From contig CM120641.1 of NCBI GenBank assembly GCA_051362555.1, forward strand, positions 25,054,401-25,118,400: a DNA stretch of 64,000 nt, given 5' to 3'. The DNA is from Lingula anatina. Its lineage: Eukaryota > Animalia > Brachiopoda. The notes beneath the pieces were generated by a model. It saw only the letters and a program-made list of their open reading frames with translations, had not been told where the DNA came from and searched no databases. The stretch's first letter is position 1. Each line of letters starts with the position of its first letter. Made by a program: the position numbers and the translations under genes. Below, piece by piece: positions 52,741 through 64,000 of the stretch.

Positions 52741-53247
52741 CCTCAACCACACCATCCTGACCCATTTCACATACCCCATGTCACCTCACACAGCCTCACC
52801 CTGCCCAACTTAACCCTCCCAAAACAGCATGTCCTCACAGTCCACCTTGTCCAAGCTCATCTCAGCACATCCAACTCACCATAATACACCTCATCTCACC
52901 CATCCCACCTTACCCCACCTTACAACTGCATCTTATCTCAACCCACTCTGATCACCCTCCTCCTTCTTGTCCCACCCATCCTATATCACTCATCCCACCC
53001 TACTCTACCATACCTCAGCCCATCCTAACCCACCAGACTCCATCTTATATATATTACTCATCCCACCCTAATCTACTGTACCTCAACCCACCTTGATCCA
53101 TCATACCCCATCCTGTCCTATCCATCCTTTGTCATGTATCCCACTCCACTGTACTAAGCTCAACCCACCCTGATCCACCATACCCCATCCTGTCCCACCC
53201 ATCCTATGTCACTCATCCCACCCTACTCTACTGCTTTCAACCCACTC
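52741..53247. repeat. C-rich degenerate minisatellite (cccaccc/catccc units)
   Basis: Recurring catcccaccctactcta, ccatacccatcctgtcc-like units; almost G-free on the + strand. Confidence 0.75.
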
Positions 53248-53316
53248 AAAAAAAAAGATGGAATCACTTTTGATCATGAGTAACACATGGATGATAGATG
53301 GAATATTTTATTTTAG

Positions 53317-53438
53317 AACATCACTCAGAATGCCAGTAATGGTACCATCCAACACCATGGCAATATAACTGACCTTCCTGTGATGTGTTATTTAAATCTG
53401 AATGTGAGGGACAATGGAGTGGTGGTTAAATATACAAG
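53317..53438 (+). CDS. Cadherin exon (NITQNASNGTI...VRDNGVVVKYTR)
   Basis: attttag acceptor, aag|gtaaca donor, phase 0/2. Confidence 0.85.
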
Positions 53439-54644
53439 GTAACACATCATCTTAAGAGATCATATATTATTTCCACTTGGCTGATAATGTATTAGATAAG
53501 CTCTTCTGGTGGAAAGGAAGATAACTCTTTTCCTTTCAGTAATATTGTATGTCTTCATTTGTATAGGGTTTAAGGGGGGATGTACCCAGATAGGGCTTAA
53601 AATCACATTTTTATAGATCAGATCAATAGTAAGTCTTTTAAGAAAAATCCCCAAACCCCTTTTGTAGTACTTTGTTCAAGTGTTATAATATCACTAAAAG
53701 CATGTTTATAGCTGTCCAGGTGCCTGAGAAAATCAGGAAACCGAAAATGTCTTTGTGCCAAAAATCCCAATATTACATCACACAATGAACTTGTGTTTCA
53801 AGCTTAATTACATTACATGTTTTGATGATGCACGGAATGAATGCAACAGGAATAAAAAAGCTAAGACCTTTAATTTAAGAAAAAATTTCTAACCTACAGT
53901 CCTACCTTAATTGGCTGCCTGTGTAATTCTAGTACAAATTTCAAGCTACAGGGAATGATGAGTATCTTGCTGTTTTTTTTTTAATTAGTAAAATTTTTAT
54001 GTCAAACACCATTGTTTTTTCAATACACTTTATGTTGAACTGCATATTCACATATGCAGTTCATTAAAGAAACTCCCCAGTGCTGGCAACAGTAAATATG
54101 CCGTTGCTGTGTTTACATACATGTACTGTCCAGTGCCATTTGTAACAATTCATGCCTCCATCACAAGAATTACCTGCTGTTATAGTTCTTTGTTTACTGC
54201 TGGCTTTTGAAATAAGTGTGATGGGAATTAGAGGCATTAAGAGGTCAAGGTGGCAGCAAGAAGTCAACATAGAAGCCTTGGAGTGAGAAATGTCTAGAAA
54301 ATTCAGACTTGGGGGAAGAGTCCTTAATAGATTTTGATAAGTGATGTAGCAGTGACTCTGAGACAGCAAAGATGATGTACCTCTGGCTATGAGTCGTCAG
54401 AGAGCATCCATCCTCTGACTTGGAGCTTGATTAATAGAAAATGCTAATGTTATCTAGTCTAACAAAAGTAAACCACTAAAACACATATTTCCATAGCTAC
54501 CATTATGTATGCCTGAATAAACTTAATTAATCTCCTGTGTGGTACAATACTTGGCGATGGTATCACTGGATTGATCCTCTAGTTTCATATGGTCAGTGAA
54601 TCTTTATCTGGTATATCCAATATGTATTTCCTTTTTCAAATTAG

Positions 54645-54808
54645 GAAGACCATTCCACTGCTTATCTATGAAGAACCAGGACCATCTACGACAACTGAAG
54701 CACCCACAACCACAGAGGGTGACACAGTACGCAATTCGACCTGCCCATCCAGTAACAGTTCTGATACCGGTACAAATAATCTCCCGCAGGGTGTGAATAT
54801 GGCTGCAG
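54645..54808 (+). CDS. Cadherin exon, Thr/Ser-rich juxtamembrane stalk
   Basis: KTIPLLIYEEPGPSTTTEAPTTTEG...MAA; aattag acceptor, cag|gtacag donor, phase 2/1. Confidence 0.85.
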
Positions 54809-55531
54809 GTACAGTGTATGAACAACCATCTGATTGTGGATTTTATCCTCTTTTTTGCTATCTAATGAATTAAGGGCTTAAAAGAATATCTAAGATGGGA
54901 CAGTAAGCACATACAGTGTACATGTACTAGTATAAACAACTGCAGCAATTCTGCTATATTGGGCACAGTTGCTGACAGTAGCTGGAAATATTTATGGTGA
55001 AAGATTTTATTCTTTTTATACATAATGAATATTTAAACAGGCATTAGGAATGTGTAAAACTTATGTACAAGGAAAGTTGAAAGCCATTAAAATGTGTACA
55101 GAAGTTATATCAAGTGAAGTCAATAAAGAATAACATAATTTGCATTGAACTGGATTGGTTTTATATCAACTTTATTGGTAATTAAAACCATCAATGGAAT
55201 ACTATTATGTTGTGTGAATACTGTATCTTGCAAATGGGCCATGTCTAAACTTTTTTCTTTTTCTTTCTTAACAAATTTAACATGGAATGGCATTTCACAA
55301 ATGTAAAAATTACCAATTTTCTCTAAAACTAAAAAATTAAACATGAAAAAATAGCTTAAAATGTCAGTGTGAAACTTTTTCAAGCTGCAAATGAGTTCAA
55401 GCTCTCTCTATATAATTAATGTTTCATACTAATATAAAAACCAATGCTTGTTCAGTGCCTTGCTTGTTATGTTGCATGACTAAGGTGTAGCTTATATTCA
55501 AAATCTAAAATTTTCAATGATTTTTTTTCAG

Positions 55532-55589
55532 TTGGTACTTTGGCAGCTGTAAATGGTATACTCATTATTTTGCTGATCCTAAGTTATTG
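55532..55589 (+). CDS. Cadherin transmembrane exon (VGTLAAVNGILIILLILSYW)
   Basis: ttttttcag acceptor, tg|gtgagt donor, hydrophobic helix followed by basic residues in the next exon. Confidence 0.88.
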
Positions 55590-55853
55590 GTGAGTTTATA
55601 CTCTGCTGTTGTGTAGATTTATCTTATACAATAATTGACTATGGCTTGTAAAGCACTCCAGGTTGATAAAATATCTTATTTTAGGTCAGCAAAACAAATT
55701 TGACCAGTATTGTCCAAAAGTCAGAGTTGATATATTTAATAATATTAATTCTTTTATGGTCATTTAACAGTGTACATTTAGGTATTCTATGCATATATGT
55801 GATGCAAATAAAGAAATAAATAAAACCAATTTTATATTCTCTTGGCATCACAA

Positions 55854-56118
55854 CAATGGGATGACCTAACATTGCCTCAAAATTTAGTATTAAGTATGCA
55901 CTACTGACTGTGACATCACAGAACTATGGGGTTGGGGCATTGCATGCTGGTTGCGATATTATGCAACAATGGGGTAGTGTCATCATATCAATGGGATGAG
56001 CTAACATTGCGTTGACATTTACTGTAGTTATCAAGTATGCAAAACTGATTGTGACACTACAGAACTATGGGGTTGGGGCATTGCATGCTGGTTGCGATAT
56101 TATGCAAAAATGGGGTAG
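55854..56118. repeat. ~140-bp tandem duplication
   Basis: acagaactatggggttggggcattgcatgctggttgcgatattatgcaa occurs twice. Confidence 0.85.
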
Positions 56119-56735
56119 GGGTGTCAAAGGTGGTTAGTATGTTTTTTGATGATGTCTGAGAGGTAAATTTGCAGTTTAACCACATGGCAAATTCCTGGGT
56201 ATAAGATCATATTCCATCCCAAATATATGATAATTATAGATACTGTATTCATTGCTATCAAGAAAAAGAACAGAAGTTCCATATTATTTTAATTAAAGGC
56301 TGTTCACCTCTGGTGATAATTTATGTGCAAAGAAGAAAAGGCTGATTGCTGAAAAATAAATGTCATTAAATTAGTGTTTAACTGCTTTGACATAGTTCTC
56401 CACTCTGTTGTACACACTCTGAAATATAGGGATATACTTGCTTTGAAATGCAGGATGATAAATAAGACCCAAGAGTTCACCTTATTTAGGCAATATATTT
56501 GCCTTTCTTATTTTTGGCAGAGAATATGCAGACCAAATAAAATCCATGTACATTATATAATATGAAAAAATTTACAACAACTGGTATTATATAAAGGCAT
56601 TTTAGCAAATTTTGGCTAAGGAGGTATATACCCTTGACAGGTTTTGTATCTAATCAAATGTTTTCATTTAAAATTATTTCCTAATTAAGAGTTCACATCA
56701 AAGGGTGAAGGTTAAGTATAATTTCATTATTTTAG

Positions 56736-56829
56736 GAAAACATTGAAGAAATGCAAGAAACCCAGCTTCAAACTAAAGCGTGAAACCACATTCACTCCAT
56801 CTGAAGGGGACACTGGATATGATGTTAAT
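56736..56829 (+). CDS. Cadherin cytoplasmic exon (KTLKKCKKPSFKLKRE...GYDVN)
   Basis: attttag acceptor phase 2; stop-transfer lysines; donor position uncertain (56823 or 56829). Confidence 0.78.
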
Positions 56830-57114
56830 GTAAAAAGATCACAAATATACTTATTTATTCATCTATTTATCTTTCTTTGTTTTTTATTTGTTTTTTCATT
56901 TATGTTTATATTTATTTATCTTTAAATGCAACAAATTTAATATTAATTGAAGGGCACTTAAAATTTAGTTATCCATAATTATCATTTTGATTAATCCAAA
57001 TGTGCTCAAGCTGTATAATTGTATATATGGCAGACTTAAATTTCTCTTATTTTAATGAGAGCATGCACACATTTTTAGTTTTTATTCAAAATCAATTTTT
57101 GGTATTTATTACAG

Positions 57115-57152
57115 AGCATGTTCCCAAGTGGTGATTATAGCTATATCAAAGA
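57115..57152 (+). CDS. Cadherin 38-nt micro-exon (SMFPSGDYSYIK)
   Basis: tttattacag acceptor, ga|gtaagt donor, phase 0/2 links the flanking exons in frame. Confidence 0.78.
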
Positions 57153-59788
57153 GTAAGTATTTTGCATTTTTCTTTATCTCCATCTTCATGTAGAATGATC
57201 AAGCTCTGTGTGGACTTCAGTTAAGCTGATTGCACTCAGCATGAGTCCCCACAGAGTTGGATTGTTCTACATAGACTTATAGTATTAATTTTATATATGG
57301 GCCTTATTCGCCGCCTTCCTTCTTTTGTTAATGAGTTGTGGTCTACTCCCCTTTTTGACATACATGTATATACTGACACACTCACAGGCACATATCTTAC
57401 TATCACTTTATAGCATGTTACCACCAGGTATATACTGTACTAATTATATACACACACACATGCACTCTCTAGAATATACAAATGCAGCACATGCGCAATT
57501 GCATTTAAACGTATATACATACACAGAGAAAAAGATAAATCTACATTCTTGCTGTGTGTAAAAGGTACTGGAGGCCCCCTTGTCTGGTTACATCATTAAC
57601 ATGATAAAGATATGTCTCAGTCTATCAGATATAATGATGTGGCAATCAAAGTGTTGCTGTGGGAACTTTTTATGTACAGACACAGATGTGTCTGTACATA
57701 TTGCCATCACCTGCGTCTGTCGTCGCCGCCGCCGATCATGTCACCGTCGCCGTGCACTTTCAGAGTTAACACCATAAGTGGAAGGCAATTTTACTTTTTG
57801 GCTGTATATTTACAGAGCTGACTAATATTCATAAAACGCAGGTCAAGTTCGAAAATCAGCATGATCGAGCCATTATTGTAGAATTTATGCTGTTTTTTCA
57901 CTTTTTAGCATATATGCAACACTGTTAACACATTTCAAGGAAAACCGATAGGCCTGTTGTCATGAAACTCACAGGAGTAATCAATCTCACTAAAACGCAG
58001 ATCAAGTTCAAAATTCGGCATGATTGGGCCACTATTTTAGTAGTTATGCTGTTTTTTCACTTTTCAGCATATATGCAACACTGTTAACACATTTCAAGGA
58101 AAACCGATAGACCTGTTGTCATGAAACTCACAGGAGTAATCAATCTTACTAAAACGCAGGTCAAGTTCGAAAATCAGCATAATCGGGCCATTATTTTATA
58201 AGTTATGCTGTTTTTTCACATTTCCTCAGATTCAATTCTTAGGCATGTTAACATTCTCATTATTTTTAGCATATATGCAACACTGTTAACACATTTCAAG
58301 GAAAACCGATAGACCTGTTGTCATGAAACTCACAGGAGTAATCAATCTTACTAAAACGCAGATCAAGTTCGAAAATCGGCATGATCGAGCCACTATTTTA
58401 GTAGTTATGCTGTTTTTTTCACTTTTCAGCATATGTGCAACACTGTTAACACATTTCAAGGAAAACAAATAGACCTGTTGTCATGAAACTCACAGGAGTA
58501 ATTAATCTTACTAAAATGCAGGTCAAGTTCGAAAATCAGCATAATCAGGCCATTATTTTATACGTTATGCTGTTTTTTCACATTTCCTCAGATTCAAATC
58601 TTAGGCATGTTAACAGTCTCATTATTTAACTAATTAGATTCGTAAAAGTGTTTGTTTGACATTTCCTGCATCTTTACAACATTGTTAGTTGATTATGTAA
58701 AAATGAGGGTAAACTTGTTATCATGTATTGTATAATAGTTTCAAAAATGGAAATAAACTCATATCATTGCAGTTTGTCAGATTCATTCATTCACTATGTT
58801 CAGAAACTCAGAATGGAGGAAATTGGACATTAAACACTGTTCTATTGATATTTTTCCCATCTCATCAATTTTCTTAGTTGATCATATATAAATGGCAGTA
58901 AATTGTTTATTTTGTTATATGTTAAAAAATTGTTAAAAATGGAAAAAAACACATTTCAGGACAGTGCTGTCTTGTCTACATTTTGGCATTTTCAAGGTGT
59001 GACTTTGAAGTTCCTTGGGCCTGAAGACCTTTGCTAGGAACATTTCCTGAATATCCATGATACTAATATTTTATTATTAAAAATTGATGGTAATTATCCT
59101 GTTAAACATTATGTAATATTGCATCAAAATTTGAAGACACCCCTATTTTGGACACTGCTCCCATGATGACCATTTAAGGAAAACCATGTCACTTACTGTT
59201 CTCAAACTTACAGGAAGAAACATGGGACTTAAATAAAGCTTCAGTGGGCAATGCAGTCTATTTGGTAAATTTTTTTGGCAGTTAATCAGTTTTTTGTGAA
59301 AATTTAATTTTTCACATATTGGCATTTTCAAGGTGTGACTTAAGAACCTCCACGAGCTTGAAGACCCATGCTAATCACATTTTCTGAAAATCCATGATAT
59401 GGATCTTTTATTATTAAAAACTGATGGTCATTATGCTGTTAAGCATTATGTAATATTGCATTAAAATAGAAGAAAACACAATTTTGGGTGCTGCTGCCAT
59501 GATGACCATTATGGGAAAACCATGTTACTTATGATTGTCAAACTTTCAAAAAAGAAACAAAGGACTAAAATGCAGCCTGAGTTGGAAAAGCAGTCTAATT
59601 GGCTTCTTTTTCTGGAAGTTATACATTTTAGTGAAATATTCATTTTTATCATGTTGGCATATTCATTGTGGGACTCGAAGCTCCCATGGACATGAAGCCA
59701 AATGGTAATCAAATTTTTTACATGTCCATGCTATTTATAGTCAATAATCAAAAATTGGTGATAATTATTCTGTAATTTATTATGTAAT

Positions 59789-61726
59789 CTCTCTCTCAAG
59801 TGCCTTGTCCCATTAAGACGTTGGCGATCATGGACTTCCACCTCTTCCTGTCCTTTGCGGTCTTCAACAGGTCTAGCTCCGCTATTCCTGTCCACCTACT
59901 TATGCTTGCTGTGTATGTTAATCTTTGCCTGCCCCTGCTTCGCTTTCCATTGATCTTGCCTGTCACACTAAGATGTTCTAGCTCTTCTTTCCGCATTACG
60001 TGTCCTAAAAATTCCAACTGTCTCTTTCGTATGCTTTTTAGAAGGAAACGCTTTGTTCCTGCTCTCTCCAACACTTTCTGATTTGTCATTCTCTCTGTCC
60101 AAGATATTCTCATCATTTTCCTGAGAAACCACATCTCTGCCGCTTCTATTCGTTGTTCTATACCTTGGGATGTAGTCCAGCATTCGCTTCCATAAGTGAG
60201 AATGGAAAACACATAACAATTCAACATTCTGATCTTTGTCGTCATAGAAATTTTGTTGTTCTTCATTATGCTGCCCAGTTTTTCAAATGCAGCTTTTGCC
60301 ATTCCAATACGTCTTCTAATTTCTTGGTCACATTTGCCATCTTCAGTTATCATGCTGCCAAGATAGTTGAATTTCTGTACATGTTTTATTAGGATGTTGT
60401 CAATCAATATCTTACAATGTTTAGCTGTTCTTTGTTTGCTGATTACCATACATTCTGTCTTCTTACAGTTGATGGTGAGCCCTTTCTTTTTGCTGGATTC
60501 AACCACTTTGTCTAGTATCTCTTGTAACTTTTGTTCTGACTCAGCAATTAGGACGGTATCATCAGCATATCTCAAGTTGTTAATGTTTTTTCCTCCGACA
60601 TGTATTCCCTTTAATGGTGTTATTTCTCGAAGAATAATCTCACTATAAAGGTTGAACAGGTCTGGGCTAAGCACACATCCCTGTCTAACGCCTCTTCTAA
60701 TTTTGGTGTATGAGCTTGTGTCATTGCCTACTCGCATACATGCAGTTTGTTCCCAGTATAGGTTGCGCAGAACTCTTAAATCCTTTCCATCTAGATCTAA
60801 ACTTTCTAACATGTTGAAAAGTTCTTTATGTTGCACCTTATCGAATGCCTTTGTATAGTCGATAAAGCACACATATAAATCCTTCTGCATCTCAATAGCT
60901 CTTTCCGATAGCATTCTCAATACAAATATCGCATTCCTTGTGCCAGCATCCTGGATGAACCCAAACTGTTCTTTTCCTATCTCAGGTCTTATCCTACTTC
61001 TTGCTCTCATCATCAAAATTCGGAGTAGAATTTTTATTATGTGGCTCATTAAGCTAATTGTTCTATGTAATTCACATTCAATTGCACCAGGTTTTTTTGG
61101 GAGGGCTATGAAAATCGATCTGCTGAGGTCCTCTGGAATTTCTCCGCTGTCGTATACCTCATTCAGGATTTCATTAAGCTTCTCTACACCAAAGTCTTCC
61201 AGTGCAACAATCATCTCGGTGATGACTTCATCGGGTCCTGCTGCCTTATTCTTCTTCATTTTTTGTAATGCATCTTTAACTTCTGATTGTAAGATTTTTG
61301 GTCCTTCGATGGCTTTTCTTATTTCTGGTTTGTTGCCCCTGTCGTCTGCAAAAAGTTCACTGATGTATTCTGTCCAGCGTTCTAGGATTTTGTCCTTTTC
61401 CATAATGACTTCCCCATCCTTTGATCTTATACATCCTGAAGAAGAACAACATTTGGAGCCTGTAATTTCCTTAATCTTCCTGTGCATTGCACCTGGGTCG
61501 TTGGTTTTGCACTTCTCAATTTCTGCACACTGTTCATTGAGCCAGATCTCTTTGGCTTCCTTACATTTCTTTCTTATTTCTTTGCTTACCAGTTTGTATT
61601 CCTCACTTTCGTGGTTGAGGATCTGCTGCCTAGAGCTTATTTTTCCAAGATCTCATTTGTCATCCACTTGTTTTTTGACCTTTTCTCACGTTTAGGTACA
61701 ACTTCTTTTGCTACCAATACTGTTGC
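59789..61726 (-). mobile_element. 5'-truncated RTE-clade LINE
   Basis: 10-bp TSD attatgtaat (59779-59788, 61727-61736); (GA)n tail directly after the stop codon; no endonuclease domain present. Confidence 0.92.
59796..61487 (-). CDS. RTE reverse transcriptase domain and C-terminus (truncated ORF)
   Basis: RTISLMSH, FIDYTKAFD, GVRQGCVLSP, LRYADD, AAEMWFLR, FLGHVMRK, GKRSRGRQR. Upstream coding continues to the TSD with a 1-nt frameshift near 61645. Confidence 0.9.
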   Translation of the reverse strand: MHRKIKEITGSKCCSSSGCIRSKDGEVIMEKDKILERWTEYISELFADDRGNKPEIRKAIEGPKILQSEVKDALQKMKKNKAAGPDEVITEMIVALEDFGVEKLNEILNEVYDSGEIPEDLSRSIFIALPKKPGAIECELHRTISLMSHIIKILLRILMMRARSRIRPEIGKEQFGFIQDAGTRNAIFVLRMLSERAIEMQKDLYVCFIDYTKAFDKVQHKELFNMLESLDLDGKDLRVLRNLYWEQTACMRVGNDTSSYTKIRRGVRQGCVLSPDLFNLYSEIILREITPLKGIHVGGKNINNLRYADDTVLIAESEQKLQEILDKVVESSKKKGLTINCKKTECMVISKQRTAKHCKILIDNILIKHVQKFNYLGSMITEDGKCDQEIRRRIGMAKAAFEKLGSIMKNNKISMTTKIRMLNCYVFSILTYGSECWTTSQGIEQRIEAAEMWFLRKMMRISWTERMTNQKVLERAGTKRFLLKSIRKRQLEFLGHVMRKEELEHLSVTGKINGKRSRGRQRLTYTASISRWTGIAELDLLKTAKDRKRWKSMIANVLMGQGT

Positions 61727-62337
61727 ATTATGTAATGTTACATCAAAATTGACAAAAATCTTTTTGCACTGCTACTACAAACATTATGAAAAGAAAACTG
61801 TGTTACTTATTATTATTATTTTCAACTTACAAGTATGATTTGTAGGATTGGCATGCAGTTCAAATAAGAAAGCCAGCTCAAATGGGTTATCATTTATTAT
61901 TGAATTTAAGCAGTTTTATGTGAAATTTTCATTTTTCTCATTCTGGCATTTTCAAAGTGTGAACTTAAACTCCCATGGGCCTGAAGCCTTACGCTTGTTA
62001 CACATTTCACTTACATTGGTATTACCTGTTGAGCATAATTAAAATTTGATGTTGAATTTGCAGTTAAGCATAATGTACTTTTGCATCAGAATTGACAGTA
62101 GCCCGTTTTGTGCATTGTTATTGTCTGCTTTTTGTCTGTACATTTGACAGCTTTGCTGCCTTGTTATTATCACTGCTTTTCCATTTTTCCTCAGCAAAAT
62201 AAAGCAGTACATGGGTGTTACACTGTGATCTCAGGTCTTGTGTACGGTATGATGATGCATGCAAGAGAAAATGTACTGATGATAGTTAAACAAGATGTCA
62301 TCAAAATTCATGATAAAATTATTTTTCATATTTTCAG

Positions 62338-64000
62338 TGTGGCACCAAATCCACCTCCAAGACCCCAATTCACATTACCAAAGCTGAAAAATCCTCCAGG
62401 TGGTAAAGGCATCCCTCTGCAGACTGATGACGGTGATGTCAACAAAAGCTACCTAAGTCTAAGAGCTCCAGACAGTAGTGCCGAGGGTTACAAACACCTT
62501 GTTTCTAAACCAAAACACTCTGTTTATGCTGATAGATATGGAGCTGATGAAGCTGGCAGTCCTTCTCGGGTGGGATCACAAATTTCCCTTCAAAAAGAAA
62601 AACATTTTGTGGAAGATGAGTCTTGGCAGAGAGCCACCTACAGGCAAGAAAGCCAAAGTCCTGGGAGACAGAAAACACAGACAGACCCAGTTACAATGTC
62701 TAGACCAAGCAAAAGTGGATCTTCAATAGGCCAAACAGTAGTTTTCAGTGGACCTATTAACATAACCAACATTTCTCAGCCTAATCGTACTGCCATTCTA
62801 CCTCCTCTTCGTCAAATGCCTAAGATGCTCGACAAACACAAACAAGGGGGAAATGATGAGAAATCTGCAGATACCTCCTTGGAGGATGATGCACCACGGG
62901 GAGAAGCAAAATCAAGCATAGAAGCAGCCAGTGAAAAACTGGCTGAAGCTCTTTCAAATAAAATCGAAAACAGCCAGGGGGAGATGTGGTCAATAGACCA
63001 AGGACATCTCCATGAATTATCCCATGGCAGTAAAACAATATTGCAAAACATCTATGAAAAAGAAATTCTTGGTACAAAGACAAAGACTGTCACAGATGAA
63101 ATAGAGCATAAACCAGCACTTGACAGCTCTGCCATCCCTCTCAGCAGCCAGCCTGTGAAAACAGGCCAAGGTGACCATTCCCTTAGTCATGTGGAACCTC
63201 AAGAAAATGACTGCAAGTCTGATGAAACCATTGAGGATATTGATATAGAAGAGACAGAAGCAAGCCAAAATGGTGACAGTGACCCACTGCCAAGCTATCC
63301 ATCTGCCACGCGTCGAAATAGTTCAGATGTAGTTACAAGAAGAGAAAATCAATATGATTTACCACCAAAATCAGGCAGGCTCTCTATTGCCACCCATAAA
63401 CCATCCCAATATGAGCCAAACCTTGTAGCTCCAGAGAATAATCCTCCAAACTGTCAAGAAAAACCACATCCACCAAGATGTTTCCTAGAAAACGAGAAAC
63501 CACAATCACCAACAAGTTTCAAAGAGAACATAGGTAGTTCACTGGAATCTGTGAATGTTCCAGAGTTGGAAAATCTTCGCCCAGGTAGCGCATCAAGCAC
63601 TACATTTACTGTTATCTCAGATGATGGTGCTGTTCAGTATGGTAAGAGGCGAACTTCTCTAGCTTCAAGTGAAATAGATGCAGACATACCCATATTGGAA
63701 GACTCTAAAACCCATACAGAGAATTCTTGGAAACTGAAGCCCAAAAGAAAAGTGGCACCAAGTCCTTCAGACCCGGTGCATTTTGAGCCCGGAGAGGCAT
63801 GGAATATGAGCAATTTAGACATAGGAAAAAAAGGAGCAGGTGAGGAAATTTTTGTGCATGATGAGCAGGATTTTGAGGGAGCAAGTAGGCCAAGTTACAA
63901 TGATTTGGAACCAGATTACGAAGACAATAATCATCAGCCATTTGGTGGTGAGACTTCATATCATTCACCAGATGATGGTAGCATCAGAGCCTATGTACCC
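62338..64000 (+). CDS. Cadherin cytoplasmic exon, >=554 aa, open to the window end
   Basis: ttttcag acceptor phase 2; uninterrupted frame VAPNPPPRPQFTLPKLKNPP...SIRAYVP. Absent from the ORF track because there is no stop in the window. Confidence 0.88.

Larger units (their letters stand above)
57667..62165 (+). mobile_element. HINE family 1, copy F, interrupted by an RTE LINE
   Basis: 5' palindrome at 57667, 3' terminus at 62165. Confidence 0.85.

Noticed and set aside
60940-61695. 251-aa + strand ORF
   Set aside because: Antisense to the RTE RT coding sequence.

Overview
AT-rich animal genomic DNA, probably from a marine invertebrate (inference). The + strand carries one giant non-classical cadherin gene. 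I assembled 21 phase-compatible coding exons from ~1833 to the window end, giving >3700 aa: roughly 28-30 cadherin (EC) repeats, a Thr-rich stalk, one TM helix and a >590-aa Tyr/Pro-rich tail. Both gene ends lie outside the window. Its 5.4-kb first exon is built from two-domain units in which every second linker has lost all Ca2+-binding motifs, including a recent ~4x 555-bp tandem expansion. The introns are packed with mobile DNA: an apparently intact Ngaro-type tyrosine-recombinase (YR) retrotransposon (18286-23034, - strand, split direct repeats), three nested families of Helentron-associated non-autonomous elements (HINE/DINE-1-like), a 5'-truncated RTE LINE, several MITEs and a 4.8-kb TA-flanked orphan element. 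The most notable observation is the retrotransposon's apparent expression strategy. It has one N-terminal SAM-like module that appears to be shared by three proteins: Gag; Gag-Pol via read-through of a single in-frame TGA(CAA); and a SAM-YR fusion made by an in-frame splice (GTAAGG donor at 22324 to a branch-point/polypyrimidine/CAG acceptor at 20068). All of this was read by eye; no database searches were run.
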